From positions 32,001-96,000 of IMG/VR virus record IMGVR_UViG_3300029922_000014: 64,000 nt of DNA; one strand, written 5' to 3'. Below, in pieces: positions 63,427 to 64,000 of the stretch. The translations under genes and the position numbers were made by a program. Source of the DNA: a virus. The notes under the pieces were generated by a model. The model made no database searches. It was not told the origin of the DNA and saw nothing but the letters and a program-made list of their open reading frames with translations. The stretch's first letter is position 1. Each line of letters starts with the position of its first letter.

Positions 63427-63439
63427 TGACATCGTGTCA
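63427..63439. repeat. dispersed palindrome (supplies a stop codon)
   Basis: atTGACATCGTGTCAgt. Confidence 0.9.
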
Positions 63440-63772
63440 GTTGCCTGCATGCCCGAGAGTGCCGTCAGCCGCAGGCGGAGCCCAGTGACAGAACCCACAA
63501 ATCTTGTTTCCGTCATCCAGCTTCGCGGCGACTGGCCAACCCCCCATCGCTTTGATGGCACTGTTCAGTAGTCCGAGAGCAGACAGGGAGTCGTTGCCGG
63601 TTCCGCTGATCAGTTCGGGATCGGAGCCCAGCACGGTGCCGATGGTAACGCGGTTGCGGACCACGGCACCAAAGCCGTCAGGATCGAGGGGGAGGAGGCG
63701 ATTGAAGAGGTCGATCACCGGCTGCGAGATGCCCTTGGCGGTGCGATCGGTGAGGTCTTTGTCTTCGTGCAT
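63437..63772 (-). CDS. hypothetical protein
   Basis: AAGGA RBS; its stop codon is the palindrome TGA. Confidence 0.55.
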   Translation of the reverse strand: MHEDKDLTDRTAKGISQPVIDLFNRLLPLDPDGFGAVVRNRVTIGTVLGSDPELISGTGNDSLSALGLLNSAIKAMGGWPVAAKLDDGNKICGFCHWAPPAADGTLGHAGN

Positions 63773-63999
63773 GGGATGTCCTTCAGGATTGATTCGGCAA
63801 TAGATTGAGCGACGTGGGCAACGTAGTGTGCGTCCTGATGCTGGAAGATGTAGTCCGCGAAGTCTTTGAGTTCATCGGATGGGGTCGAAGCCGGAAGCCA
63901 GTTCATCACCTGTTCGACGCGGTAGCCTTCGACCGTGTTCCAGGCGTCGAGGAGCGCTTGGGCCTCTTTGCGGCTGTGGACGTTGTAGGGCTGGTGGGT
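63715..63999 (-). CDS. hypothetical protein, 3' part
   Basis: Frame is open to the window edge. Confidence 0.4.
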   Translation of the reverse strand, partial: THQPYNVHSRKEAQALLDAWNTVEGYRVEQVMNWLPASTPSDELKDFADYIFQHQDAHYVAHVAQSIAESILKDIPCTKTKTSPIAPPRASRSR

Positions 64000-64000
64000 T

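Noticed and set aside
816-63439. Palindromes as integron attC sites or IS ends
   Set aside because: They are too short, lack RYYYAAC/GTTRRRY boxes, and no integrase or transposase is in the window. Six copies lie inside essential genes.
816-63439. Palindromes as simple back-to-back -35 promoter elements
   Set aside because: Arms often read TTGACA, but only the 30580 copy has a recognisable -10 at the phage's spacing, and many arms are CTGACA. A sigma-decoy role is not excluded.
1-64000. tRNA/rRNA genes, portal, terminase, polymerase, integrase
   Set aside because: None was recognisable by eye. Intergenic gaps are short with no cloverleaf or T-loop context. tRNAscan-SE would be needed to exclude tRNAs formally.
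1-64000. Alternative genetic code (stop-codon reassignment)
   Set aside because: Known genes are full length in code 11. TGA, TAA and TAG all terminate genes, and ATGA/GTGA overlaps are common.

Overview
A 64-kb segment of a high-GC (about 60-65% by eye) large-genome tailed phage with a T4-like myovirus structural module. Almost all genes are on the minus strand. Positions 1-29.7 kb are virion genes. In transcription order these are: large acidic/basic prohead-core-like proteins, a 2450-aa polyvalent protein (Nudix + PI3K/HipA-like kinase + possible ART-like C-terminus), a protease-scaffold fusion, gp23-like major capsid, neck proteins, tail completion, sheath, tube, a gp26/gp51-like pair apparently joined by a +1 frameshift, and the 5' end of a tape-measure-like gene. 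Two HNH endonucleases are inserted in this module. Positions 29.7-64 kb hold about 70 small, tightly coupled accessory genes, including MerR, LuxR and XRE regulators, a metallophosphoesterase, MazG, a Lar/release-factor-like fusion, a C39-like peptidase, GroES and a prepilin-like protein. The most striking signals are non-coding. (1) A 13-17 bp palindrome, TGACA-N3-TGTCA, occurs 21 times exactly (24 with variants), about every 1-5 kb, both at gene junctions and embedded in-frame inside long genes. (2) A set of TTGACA-N15-TANNNT promoters has an atypically short spacer, and several appear leaderless. (3) A second palindromic box, CGCRTSAYGCG, lies next to those promoters and is amplified in a 92-bp tandem repeat near 63.2 kb. 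All protein calls come from motif recognition by eye; no database searches were run.
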